From: Acholeplasmataceae bacterium | Lineage (GTDB): Bacteria > Bacillota_I > Bacilli_A > Acholeplasmatales > Acholeplasmataceae | Assembly: GCA_963667565.1 (NCBI GenBank) | Contig: OY763415.1 | Location: 1,632,001 to 1,696,000 of the forward strand | Length of the DNA stretch: 64,000 bases | Direction: 5' to 3' | Shown: positions 39,864 to 49,608 of the stretch, in pieces | Layout: each line of letters opens with the position of its first letter | Numbering within the stretch: position 1 is the first letter of the stretch | Position numbers and translations under genes: made by a program | The notes under the pieces: generated by a model | What the model was told of the DNA's origin: nothing | Database searches by the model: none | Seen by the model: the letters and a program-made list of their open reading frames with translations, nothing else

Positions 39864-41234
39864 ATGAATCAAACAAGTAAACAACATTTTTATCAAACAT
39901 TATTAAAGATCGCGATTCCCATCTTTTTTTCACAATTGATGGGATCTCTTTTGGGTATCATCGATACCTTTATGGTTACAAAACTAGGAGATGAAGCATT
40001 AAGTGCTGTAGGGATTGGAAGTCAATTTCTATTTTTACTAAATATTATTCAATTTGGATTATTCTCTGGGCTTGCTATTTTCATTGCTCAATATTATGGA
40101 TCAAAATCATATAAAGAGATTTCTAAAGTCTTTTGGATCATGCTCATTATGGGTTTAGTATTTGCAAGTGTATTTTTAACATTAACGCTTACGATACCTG
40201 AACAGATGATTCATTTGTTTAACTTAAGTGAAACACCAAATCAAGAAGTGATTGATTTAGGGATTGAGTATTTAAGTATTATTGGATTTGCGTTTATAAC
40301 AATGACCATATCGTTTGCGATCAGCATGCTTGCAAGAAATGTGGGTAAAGTCCTATGGCCATCTATATTTCAAATGTTTGGTGTTGCACTTAACACATTT
40401 TTAAATTATGGCTTAATTAATGGACATATGGGTTTTCCACAATTAGGAGTTAAAGGTGCAGCGATTGCGACACTGATTTCATCTGGATTTATTGCAATAG
40501 CATCTATCATTTATTTAATAGTCACAAAAGAACAAGCATTAAAAATCAAAATAAGTGCATTAAAAGATATCAGTAAAGCATTCATGAAAAAACTGATAAA
40601 AACATCATTGCCTGTTTTATTAAATGAAGGTTTCTGGGGATTAGGGATGACCGTTTATTTGGTTGCATATGGTTTGATTGGTGATAAAGCTGTAGGTAGT
40701 GTTTATTTATCTAATCAAATTAATAATATCTTTTGGGTAGCAACGATTGCGATAGCAAACGCTGCAGCTGTCATGCTTGGTAATAAACTAGGAGAAAACA
40801 GATTAGATATTGCTAAACAATGGGAGAGAAAATTTAGACAACTAGGGTTTATTTTAGGGATTGTCCTTGGAACTATATTGTTTACATTAGCACCAGTGAT
40901 TGTTCCACTTTTTGGTAATCTTACGGATGAAGTCACACATATGGTTATTTATATTTTAAGAGTATATGCAGTCTATGCACCGATTAAGTTTTTAAACGCA
41001 ATTATGATTGTAGGTACACTACGATCTGGTGGAGATACTAAATTTGCTTTATTTGCAGAAGTGTTTGGCTTATGGGGCATTGGTGTTCCATTAGCATTTA
41101 TCTTATCTTATTTTACGCATCTAGAATTATATGTGATTATTATCTTTGTTAACTTTGAAGAAATCACTAAATTTACATTAGCTTACCGAAGAGCAAAAAC
41201 GGGAAAATGGATGAATAATTTAACACATAATTAA
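39864..41234 (+). CDS. MATE-family efflux transporter
   Basis: IDTFMV..LG; AQYYGS; LGVKGAAIAT; LRSGGDT; about 12 TMs. Confidence 0.92.
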   Translation: MNQTSKQHFYQTLLKIAIPIFFSQLMGSLLGIIDTFMVTKLGDEALSAVGIGSQFLFLLNIIQFGLFSGLAIFIAQYYGSKSYKEISKVFWIMLIMGLVFASVFLTLTLTIPEQMIHLFNLSETPNQEVIDLGIEYLSIIGFAFITMTISFAISMLARNVGKVLWPSIFQMFGVALNTFLNYGLINGHMGFPQLGVKGAAIATLISSGFIAIASIIYLIVTKEQALKIKISALKDISKAFMKKLIKTSLPVLLNEGFWGLGMTVYLVAYGLIGDKAVGSVYLSNQINNIFWVATIAIANAAAVMLGNKLGENRLDIAKQWERKFRQLGFILGIVLGTILFTLAPVIVPLFGNLTDEVTHMVIYILRVYAVYAPIKFLNAIMIVGTLRSGGDTKFALFAEVFGLWGIGVPLAFILSYFTHLELYVIIIFVNFEEITKFTLAYRRAKTGKWMNNLTHN

Positions 41235-41240
41235 TCAAAC

Positions 41241-41319
41241 GCAATTGTTGCATGCTATTAAAATAAAAAATGCAATAATTGCGTATTTTATTTACAAAAA
41301 AGTGCAATTATAGTATGAT
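41241..41319 (+). promoter_or_regulatory. Promoter with repeated GCAAT-N-WTTGC-like boxes upstream of the HTH-MNT gene
   Basis: gcaattgttgc at 41241, gcaataattgc at 41272, gcaattatagt at 41304; TTTACA-17-TATGAT at 41291-41319. Confidence 0.55.
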
Positions 41320-41338
41320 AGATATGGAAGGTGATTCT

Positions 41339-41809
41339 ATGTCAATTAAAAAAATAAGAAAATCATTGAATTTAACACAAAAAGAAGCATCAAAAATAGT
41401 AAAAGTCCCACTTAGAACTTATTTAAATTACGAAAATGATGAATCTAAAGTAGGAAATATAAAATATGAATATATACTTAATGAATTAAGTAAATTAAAT
41501 TTTATAGATGAAACACATGGATTATTAACCATGGATAACATAAAATTACTTTGTGAACCAATCTTGAATAAATATGAAGTTCAATATGCATATTTATTTG
41601 GATCTTATGCAAAAAATCTTGCTAACGAAGCAAGTGATGTTGATTTATTAGTCTCTACAAAAACAACTGGTATTGCATTTTATGGACTCATAGAGGAATT
41701 AAGAGAAGCACTAAATAAAAAAGTTGATTTGATTTCTCTACAATCTCTTGAACATAATGTTGATTTGGTCAATGAGATTTTAAAGGATGGTATTAAGATT
41801 TATGGATAA
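41339..41809 (+). CDS. XRE-HTH fused minimal nucleotidyltransferase (MntA-like antitoxin)
   Basis: N-terminal LTQKEAS..VPLRTYLNYE helix-turn-helix; LFGSYA..SDVDLLV; KVDLI. Confidence 0.85.
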   Translation: MSIKKIRKSLNLTQKEASKIVKVPLRTYLNYENDESKVGNIKYEYILNELSKLNFIDETHGLLTMDNIKLLCEPILNKYEVQYAYLFGSYAKNLANEASDVDLLVSTKTTGIAFYGLIEELREALNKKVDLISLQSLEHNVDLVNEILKDGIKIYG

Positions 41810-42140
41810 TCAAAAAGACGATCTTTATTATATACAGAAAGTACTAGATGATCTAACGTTTTTAATCAGCCATACAAAAGGTATATCAAAAGAATCGTTT
41901 TCGAATAACGAAATTTTGCAAGATTCAGTTATGTTTAGATTTATCCAAATTTCCGAACATATTAAAAAACTGACAACAGAGTTCAAGATTGAGCACAAAA
42001 ACATTCCATGGCATAGTATTTTAGGGTTAAGAAATAGAATTGTTCACGAATATGGAAACGTGGATATAACGATCGTATATCAGACGATTCAAAATGGTAT
42101 CTATGAATTATATGATTTGTTTATTTCTTTAACTCAATAA
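41802..42140 (+). CDS. HEPN/DUF86 ribonuclease toxin (HepT-like)
   Basis: IPW..I.GLRNRIVHEY (RX4HXY); overlaps the MNT gene. Confidence 0.9.
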   Translation: MDNQKDDLYYIQKVLDDLTFLISHTKGISKESFSNNEILQDSVMFRFIQISEHIKKLTTEFKIEHKNIPWHSILGLRNRIVHEYGNVDITIVYQTIQNGIYELYDLFISLTQ

Positions 42141-42201
42141 ATTTTCAATATATAAGATGATTATTTTAGAATCTTTAGGCAATGTCTAAAAGGAGAAACC
42201 A

Positions 42202-42720
42202 ATGAACTATAGTCAAACAGTGATTGAAGGAGAACGCATCATATTAAAACTCGTCTCAATCGATTATGCCAAAGATATATTTAAAGCGTTTAATCAAGAT
42301 GTTACTCTATATATGCTTCCTAAACAAGCATCAGATATCAGAGAAACACTTGAGTTTATCACTACCTCAGAACTAAAAGCATTAGAAGGTACTGACTTTA
42401 CATTTATGATATTAGATAAGCGTTCAAATGAATTTCTTGGTTGTGGAGGTGTACATCACCTAGATAGACATGCACCAGAGTTAGGCATTTGGATTAAAAA
42501 AGATGCACATGGACATCATTATGGATTAGAAGCTGTAAAAACAGCATATAATCACTTTAAAGATCAATATGAGCAATTCATCTATCCTGTGGATAGAAGA
42601 AATATCGCCAGCAAAAAAATCGCACTAAACTTAGGTGGAACACTAGATCAAAAATACACTCAAAAAAACGCGAGTGGAAAGCTTCTCTATTTAGAAAAAT
42701 ATGTAATAAAGACAAATTAA
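42202..42720 (+). CDS. GNAT acetyltransferase (RimJ/RimL type)
   Basis: ELGIWI..HGHHYGLEA; NIAS. Confidence 0.85.
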   Translation: MNYSQTVIEGERIILKLVSIDYAKDIFKAFNQDVTLYMLPKQASDIRETLEFITTSELKALEGTDFTFMILDKRSNEFLGCGGVHHLDRHAPELGIWIKKDAHGHHYGLEAVKTAYNHFKDQYEQFIYPVDRRNIASKKIALNLGGTLDQKYTQKNASGKLLYLEKYVIKTN

Positions 42721-42726
42721 GTATCC

Positions 42727-42761
42727 AAAACAGCACTTTTACTCTACAAAAGTGCTGTTTT
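42727..42761 (+). terminator. Intrinsic terminator
   Basis: aaaacagcactttt-N7-aaaagtgctgtttt. Confidence 0.75.
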
Positions 42762-42828
42762 CAATCTATGCAGTATTAATGTCTCATCTTTTAAAGTATA
42801 ATGAAGAAAATTATAAGGAGGTACATAT

Positions 42829-43941
42829 ATGGAACTATTTCGTTTTTATCAAATAGATTTATATGCGATCGCTTTACTTTTGGTTATCTTATTTGTCATT
42901 AAAATTAACCAAAAGAAATTTTCATATCGTTTAAAGATTTTTAAAACTTTCATATATTCGGCACTTCTTATTTTAATTTTCGAGTGTTTTGTTTGGATGG
43001 TTGATGGTGTACCAGGATCTTTTTTTAGATTTTTGGTCTATTTCACCAATTCGGTATTGATTGTTGTTGCAGTGATGATGCCTGCAATTCTATCATATTA
43101 TGTTGAATTTACGATTTTTCAAGATCAACAGAAACTTAGAAAAAAATTACCTTACTATTTCATACCTTCAGGTATGATGCTTATCCTATCTTTAATTAAT
43201 GCTATCCATCCGATTTTATTTACAGTTGATGCAAATAATAAATATGCTGATTTACCACTGTTATGGGTTGCTATTGGTATTACATTAGTCATTTATGTGT
43301 ATTTAGTCTATTTAGTGATTAGAAATAGACATAAACTACAAACTAAATATTTAGTCGGTGTTTTAGTGTTTATTGCAATCCCTATTATTGGTAGTGCAAT
43401 CCAAATGATATTTTATGGATTGCTTGTAACATGGTCACTTACAGCGTTAGCGATTACTTATATGTATTTAGTTTTTGAAACAACCTCAAGTAATGTTGAT
43501 TACTTAACAGGTGTATCAACAAGAAGATATGCAGAAGAATATATTGATCATTTAATCAATAAGAGACAAGCGTTTGATATCTATATGATTGATGTGGATA
43601 ATTTTAAAGCTTTAAATGATGAATATGGTCATATTGAAGGCGATAAGATCTTAATTGATATTGCTAATATTTTAAAAAAAGTATTTCCAAATCAAAGTGT
43701 CGTCTCACGTTATGGTGGCGATGAGTTTATTGTTGCGTCCACTGATTTTAGTAGAACACAAGAAGAAATTAGAAAGACACATCAAGCATGTAAACTTAAA
43801 AACAATAATCCGCTTAAAGATAAAGTTAATTGTAGTATAGGATATTATCACTACAATGGAGAAGCACTCACATTAGATCAAGTGATTATGAAAGCTGATC
43901 AAGAGATGTATCTTGTTAAATTAGAACATAAGAAATCATAA
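42829..43941 (+). CDS. Membrane-bound diguanylate cyclase (GGDEF)
   Basis: DYLTG; IDVDNFKALND.YGH..GD; RYGGDEF; multi-TM N-terminus. Confidence 0.92.
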   Translation: MELFRFYQIDLYAIALLLVILFVIKINQKKFSYRLKIFKTFIYSALLILIFECFVWMVDGVPGSFFRFLVYFTNSVLIVVAVMMPAILSYYVEFTIFQDQQKLRKKLPYYFIPSGMMLILSLINAIHPILFTVDANNKYADLPLLWVAIGITLVIYVYLVYLVIRNRHKLQTKYLVGVLVFIAIPIIGSAIQMIFYGLLVTWSLTALAITYMYLVFETTSSNVDYLTGVSTRRYAEEYIDHLINKRQAFDIYMIDVDNFKALNDEYGHIEGDKILIDIANILKKVFPNQSVVSRYGGDEFIVASTDFSRTQEEIRKTHQACKLKNNNPLKDKVNCSIGYYHYNGEALTLDQVIMKADQEMYLVKLEHKKS

Positions 43942-44007
43942 AAACATTTTAATATAAAATGATATTGTCGTATAATAAAGATAGAATAGTTCACGGGGGA
44001 TAAGGCA

Positions 44008-44850
44008 ATGTTTGAATATATTAATCAACAAAAACGCATATATAAAAGAAAAATGAAGATAGGATTTTTTATTACGATTCTATCTTTTGTTTTATTTTTT
44101 CCTGTGGTTTTATCGATGGGAATCGCAGGATTTTTTATCATATCAATTCCATTTATGGGTGGTTTTATCTATGCAGGTAGATGGGGTACAAAAATCAATC
44201 AATTAAGTCAAATGGTTAAAAGTGAATACGTATTACCAGAATTACAAAAAATGATTCCGGATGCGACCTATCGGATGCATGATGGATTCACTGAAGTTGA
44301 AGTGATCAACAGCGGATTACTTAGACATCAGGACAGATTTCATAGTGAAGATATGATTGAAGGTACACTTGAGGGGATTCGTTTTAAATGCAGTGATGTT
44401 AAACAAGAAGATGTGAGCACTGACTCTAAGGGACATACACATACAACCACTGTGTTTGAAGGAAGATTCTATCAATTTGATTTTCCAAAAACATTTGAGA
44501 AAATGATTGTGATTACACAACATCATCCACTTTCTTTTATCAATAAGCATAAGCTTGTTGAAACTGAAAGTATAAAGTTTAATTCTGAATTATCTGTTTA
44601 TGCAGAAGATAAACAAGCAGCGTTTTATCTATTAACACCAATATTTATGGAAAAACTTATGCGTTTAGATGAGAAGTTTAAAGATAGAATTTCATTATCA
44701 TTTATTGAGAATAAGTTGTATGTCGCTATTAATTCTGGAATAAACGCATTTGAAATACCTATCATTAAAGACGTTGATGAATCTTTGTTTCTTGAATATC
44801 AAGAAGAGATTGGTCATATTAAGATGATTATAAAAACATTAGATATTTAA
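44008..44850 (+). CDS. DUF3137-like membrane protein
   Basis: Two N-terminal TMs; EDMIEG; TTVFEG; ES.KFN; AFYLLTP.FMEKL. Confidence 0.75.
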   Translation: MFEYINQQKRIYKRKMKIGFFITILSFVLFFPVVLSMGIAGFFIISIPFMGGFIYAGRWGTKINQLSQMVKSEYVLPELQKMIPDATYRMHDGFTEVEVINSGLLRHQDRFHSEDMIEGTLEGIRFKCSDVKQEDVSTDSKGHTHTTTVFEGRFYQFDFPKTFEKMIVITQHHPLSFINKHKLVETESIKFNSELSVYAEDKQAAFYLLTPIFMEKLMRLDEKFKDRISLSFIENKLYVAINSGINAFEIPIIKDVDESLFLEYQEEIGHIKMIIKTLDI

Positions 44851-44868
44851 AGAGATGGAGGTATTTAT

Positions 44869-45852
44869 ATGAACATATTATTAATTGGTGGTACAGGTAT
44901 CATCAGTACAGAAGTTGTTAATAAATCGTTAGCTTTAGGACATGAAGTTACGATACTTAATAGAGGTACACATAATGACGAAGTACCTGAAGGTGTAGAA
45001 ATCATTATTGGTCATATCAACCACGAAGATGAAGTCAATCAATTATTAAAAGGCAGACACTTTGATACGATTGTTGAGTTTGTTGGATTTACTGTTGATG
45101 ATATTAAAAGAGATGTAAGACTCTTTAAGGGTATATGTGATCAATATATTTTTATAAGCAGCGCAAGCGCTTATCAAAAACCAGTGATAGATTATCCAAT
45201 CACAGAAGAAACACCACTTGATAATCCATATTGGGAGTATAGTAGAAATAAAGCTGATTGTGAATCTTATTTAAAAACTGTAGACGATTTTAATTGGACA
45301 ATTGTAAGACCTTCACATACCTATAATAATCAAATGATTATGTCATCAGTATCTTGGTGGGGAGCTGAATATGCCCATATCAAGCGATTAAAAGAAGGAA
45401 GACCAGTCATTATTCCTGGTGATGGAACAAGCCTTTGGACCATCACGCATGCCAGCGATTTTGCCAATAGTTTCATCTATTTATTTGGAAATAAAAAGAC
45501 ATATCATGAAACATATCACATCACAGGTGAACGCGTATACACATGGGAAAGATTAACTGAGATTATGGCAAACGCTTTAGGTGTTAAACCTCATATTATT
45601 CATATCCCAACAGATGCGATCATTAAAGTATTTCCTGAACTTGAAGGACCTTTATTAGGTGATAAGATTTGGAGTGCAATCTTTGATAATTCTAAAATCA
45701 AAGACATTAGCAAAGCATACAGTTCACATATTGGATATGAAGATGTTGTAGATCAAGTGATTGCATATTATGAAGCGCATAAAGAGTTGCAACACATCGA
45801 TGATCATTTTGAAGAACGATATGATCAATTAATTAAGAATTACATAAAATAA
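44869..45852 (+). CDS. NAD-dependent epimerase/dehydratase (extended SDR)
   Basis: GGTGIIS; FISSASAY; YSRNK. Confidence 0.88.
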   Translation: MNILLIGGTGIISTEVVNKSLALGHEVTILNRGTHNDEVPEGVEIIIGHINHEDEVNQLLKGRHFDTIVEFVGFTVDDIKRDVRLFKGICDQYIFISSASAYQKPVIDYPITEETPLDNPYWEYSRNKADCESYLKTVDDFNWTIVRPSHTYNNQMIMSSVSWWGAEYAHIKRLKEGRPVIIPGDGTSLWTITHASDFANSFIYLFGNKKTYHETYHITGERVYTWERLTEIMANALGVKPHIIHIPTDAIIKVFPELEGPLLGDKIWSAIFDNSKIKDISKAYSSHIGYEDVVDQVIAYYEAHKELQHIDDHFEERYDQLIKNYIK

Positions 45853-45863
45853 AAGAGGTTCAT

Positions 45864-46685
45864 ATGAAAAAACAAAAAATAGTTCAACTCATAGATATAG
45901 TGATGTATTTCAATGTTATTGTCTTTATTGGATCAGGAATAATCGCAATAAATCAAAACAATAACTATTATTTATTTTTTATATGCGTGGGTATATTAAA
46001 TATTATTTTTATCGCATTAACAATGAGACTTAGAATTAATTATAATAAATCAATACTTAAAAAAATAGAAAATGAAATTATCACTGAAGCTTCAATGTCA
46101 AAAGAATCAAAAGAAGCATTTACAAATGCAAAACAAGAGTTTTTGGAAAGCAGAATTGAAGCAGAGATAATGGCTAAAATGCCAAATTCTAAAGTCATAA
46201 GAAATGCTTATGTACCTCGTACAGATGGGAAAACATCTGAAATTGATTTAATAGTCATAAATATGCAAGGTATTTTTATCATAGAAGCAAAAAATATTAC
46301 AGGTCAAATAAAAGGTAACTGGAAGGATGACAAATCACTTAAAGTATTACATCCAGGAGGAAAAGAATATTCTATTGTTAATCCTATCGAACAAAACACG
46401 CAACATTTTTATAGTTTAAGAAATTACCTTGGACTTAAATCAGAATATTTTAGAAGTATTATCGTTTTTGGTGATTTAAGTTACATAGAAAATATATATA
46501 AAACACCATATCATGCGGAAGTCTGTCAATTGGATGGTTTAATTAATTCAATGAACAGAATTGCAAACCGATATGGAACGACATTGGAAGCACATAATAT
46601 TGATAACATTTTTAATAACCTACTCAAATTTGTAGAGTTTAGTAAAGAGAAAAAAGAACAGCATATAAAAAACATAAGTCAATAA
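45864..46685 (+). CDS. Membrane-anchored NERD (nuclease-related) domain protein
   Basis: SEIDLIVI..GIFIIEAKN..G.I.G; NPIEQN. Confidence 0.85.
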   Translation: MKKQKIVQLIDIVMYFNVIVFIGSGIIAINQNNNYYLFFICVGILNIIFIALTMRLRINYNKSILKKIENEIITEASMSKESKEAFTNAKQEFLESRIEAEIMAKMPNSKVIRNAYVPRTDGKTSEIDLIVINMQGIFIIEAKNITGQIKGNWKDDKSLKVLHPGGKEYSIVNPIEQNTQHFYSLRNYLGLKSEYFRSIIVFGDLSYIENIYKTPYHAEVCQLDGLINSMNRIANRYGTTLEAHNIDNIFNNLLKFVEFSKEKKEQHIKNISQ

Positions 46686-46709
46686 TCTTTGATTGATTGA
46701 ATTAATGAG

Positions 46710-47570
46710 GTGATCAAGATGTTTAAAACAGATTTTAGACAACATACTATCTTCTATACGCTTAAGAAGTATATGAGGATATTAAGCAAAGTTACTAAAA
46801 AGAAATATGTAACGATTTCTCATCCAAGCTTTAGCAAAGAATTAAGAACACAATTGATTCTTGTCATCAAGCAAAAATTAAAAATGAATGATGCTCAAGC
46901 ATCATATCTTTTGGATGCTCACACCATCAAAGACATCAATCAGATCAAACCACATTTATTGTCTTTAGATGAACATCCAAAAGACATGAAATATTTTGCA
47001 ATGGGTGAATTTTACTATAGAGTCATAGAACATTCGAAATATCAGATTTTAAATTCATTAAGTGTGGTACTGACTGTTATTTTTATCATCAGTGCATTTG
47101 TTTTTATGAGTGCTGGAGTTGATGTTAAACTTACCCTTATTTTTATAGGTTTATATATGAGTTTCTTTATTCTTTTAAATTTAAGTATTCAAATATACTA
47201 TCGTCAAATATTAAGGTTGAAACTTGATTTAAGATATCCATCTGAAGATAGAGTTGAAGGGCAAATCATTAAAATAAAATTTTATGAAATCTTAAGTATA
47301 AGAAGTAGAGGTTTAAACAGTTTTCATATGTATGGACTAAAACTTGTATTACAAAATGAATCTGGTAAGTTTAAAGTCATCTATCCATTTCTTGACCATG
47401 ACATTTCTATTTATGGAAACAAAGATCAAAATACCTTTAGAATAAAAAATCAAATACTTAACGAATTAAAAAAGGAAGAAACAATAGAAGTGTCGTATTT
47501 ATCATATAGTAAGATGATTACATACTCGAGCATTGATTTTAATCAAATCATTGACAAAATAAATCATTAG
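46710..47570 (+). CDS. Hypothetical membrane protein
   Basis: 286-aa ORF with two central TMs; start may be ATG 46719. Confidence 0.65.
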   Translation: MIKMFKTDFRQHTIFYTLKKYMRILSKVTKKKYVTISHPSFSKELRTQLILVIKQKLKMNDAQASYLLDAHTIKDINQIKPHLLSLDEHPKDMKYFAMGEFYYRVIEHSKYQILNSLSVVLTVIFIISAFVFMSAGVDVKLTLIFIGLYMSFFILLNLSIQIYYRQILRLKLDLRYPSEDRVEGQIIKIKFYEILSIRSRGLNSFHMYGLKLVLQNESGKFKVIYPFLDHDISIYGNKDQNTFRIKNQILNELKKEETIEVSYLSYSKMITYSSIDFNQIIDKINH

Positions 47571-47580
47571 GTGTTTTTAT

Positions 47581-47850
47581 ATGTATAGAATAACACTAGC
47601 AAAGGATTTAACATATAAGGGACAAATCATAAGAAGACTAATCGTCACAAGTATCATGATTCCATTTGAAATCATTGTTTTATTAACAATTCCTTATTAT
47701 ATTTTTATAGGTAAAGATGCATTTTCATCCGTTTCTGATTTAATAGCATATAGTGCAATCGTATTTATCATCTTTAGTTCTACTTTAGGTGTGATGATAA
47801 ATGAAGCTAAGGTGTGTATTAAAAGATTAAAAAATAAAGCATATCTATAA
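47581..47850 (+). CDS. Small two-TM hypothetical protein
   Basis: Follows the previous ORF and precedes a terminator. Confidence 0.6.
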   Translation: MYRITLAKDLTYKGQIIRRLIVTSIMIPFEIIVLLTIPYYIFIGKDAFSSVSDLIAYSAIVFIIFSSTLGVMINEAKVCIKRLKNKAYL

Positions 47851-47891
47851 AAAAACATATCCATACCTTATCTGTATGGATATGTTTTTTT
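47850..47891 (+). terminator. Intrinsic terminator
   Basis: aaaaaacatatccatac-N7-gtatggatatgtttttt. Confidence 0.8.
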
Positions 47892-48144
47892 GGTATTATC
47901 ACATAAAAACCAAAATCGTATTTAGAGAAATTAACAATTTGCTTTCACGAGATGATTTGATTATAAAAGGTTCAGTTTGCTAATGAATCAGTATGGTGTA
48001 GACTAATTATTAAAGATAATTAAGATAATTTTAAATGAACATGTTAATAATAAAAGAAATTAAATATGATGATATACTAGATATGACACTTTATGAAGTG
48101 TATAATATTAATATATTGAAAAATGAAAATATGGAGGGCATAAT

Positions 48145-48408
48145 ATGAATTTTATAGATACTAAATATAGATATGACACACAATTGTTAATAGAAGGCAA
48201 TGATTTATCGGAAGATGTAATTATTGATTATTTTCAAAAAAACTTTGAAGGAGATTGCTTACTAGTTGTCGGAGATCCTGAGCTTATTAAAGTGCATTAT
48301 CATACGAATGAACCTTGGTTAGTTTTAGCTTATTGCAAAACTTTAGGTGAAATATTTGATATTGTTATTGAAGATATGGTTCGTCAATCAAATGGTTTAA
48401 AAGGATAA
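48145..48408 (+). CDS. Stand-alone FakA/DAK2-associated middle-domain protein
   Basis: YDTQLLI; GDCLLVVGD..IKVH.HTNEP; IEDM.RQ; RBS ggagg. Confidence 0.75.
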   Translation: MNFIDTKYRYDTQLLIEGNDLSEDVIIDYFQKNFEGDCLLVVGDPELIKVHYHTNEPWLVLAYCKTLGEIFDIVIEDMVRQSNGLKG

Positions 48409-48486
48409 GTAGTATGTAATGATAGAGTAGACTATTTCATAAATGTCTACTCTTTTTTTATGTCTATTAAATTAAAAATAAATTTA

Positions 48487-49608
48487 TTATTCTTCCCCAT
48501 GGCCTGCAATTTCTGCTATTTCTGAAATTTGTCTATTTAAATCATCACCTAAACCCTCGATATCATTGCTTATGAAGCCGCGAACAATCATTGATATTGC
48601 CTGCATCTCATCCATGCCTCTGGTCATCAAATATTCAACGCTTTCTGGCGATATTTTTCCAATGCTTGCTTCATGACTCATATGTGCATCTTCATGATGA
48701 GATTCTAATCCTGGAATGGATTGGATTAATCCGGTTTTTGTTTGATTGAGTATCATACCAGCACAATCTATATGAGCTCTACAAGGTGCATTGGCAATTA
48801 ATAATCCACCTTGGTGTAGCGTTCCCCCTGTGCAAACACCACGATGTAATAATTCAGCGCTTGTGTTTTTTGCATTCAAATAAATATTTCCTTCTGTGTT
48901 GATTGTAGATCCAGGTGTACCTAAAACGACTGTTAAATATTTTGCAGAAGCATTTTCCCCATTTAAATAGGTCATTGGATTGCTATGAATTATTTTTGCT
49001 GGTTCAATTGAAATATAATTATTCTCATAATATCCATTTTCTGAAACAATTGCAGCACTTCTAGGAAATACTTTCATATGAGAACCCCAAGAATGAATCA
49101 TTGTTGATTTTAACTTTGCATGTTTACCGACATAGTATTCTTCAACTGCAATATGTGTTCGTTCATGATCAAATTTATCTGAAGTACAACCTGTAATTAA
49201 TTCTAGTTCTGAATCCTCTTCTAATATAACGATGTTATGAATGGTTTGTTTTAATAAATCACTAAGAATAAACATAGCAGCTTGACAGGGTAAAGAAACT
49301 TTAACACCCTTTTTCACTCTGATGAAAAAACCAATGGGTCTTTTTTGTTTTGAACACTCTAAAGTAACTTCATCATAATTTGCTGGAACAGCAACAAAAG
49401 AATAGTCTTTCAACCAAGGATACATAGATAGTGCCTGTCCAATGGGTAAATATTCATAATTTTCAGAAGAAGAGTCATTCTTTTCTAATAAAACTGTTTG
49501 CTCATTATGGATAATCATTGTTGCAGAACGTTTTTCATTATCTAAATCAATACCTACTTTAGATAGGTGGTCTTTAAAATTAATTTCATCTCTATTATAC
49601 ATTTTCAC
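48487..49608 (-). CDS. sufB: SufB/SufD-family Fe-S scaffold (minimal SUF, SmsB-like)
   Basis: Q..HN.VILEE; IHSW; HIDC; SHEASIGKI; YLMTRG; MIVRGF. Confidence 0.8.
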   Translation of the reverse strand: MKMYNRDEINFKDHLSKVGIDLDNEKRSATMIIHNEQTVLLEKNDSSSENYEYLPIGQALSMYPWLKDYSFVAVPANYDEVTLECSKQKRPIGFFIRVKKGVKVSLPCQAAMFILSDLLKQTIHNIVILEEDSELELITGCTSDKFDHERTHIAVEEYYVGKHAKLKSTMIHSWGSHMKVFPRSAAIVSENGYYENNYISIEPAKIIHSNPMTYLNGENASAKYLTVVLGTPGSTINTEGNIYLNAKNTSAELLHRGVCTGGTLHQGGLLIANAPCRAHIDCAGMILNQTKTGLIQSIPGLESHHEDAHMSHEASIGKISPESVEYLMTRGMDEMQAISMIVRGFISNDIEGLGDDLNRQISEIAEIAGHGEE

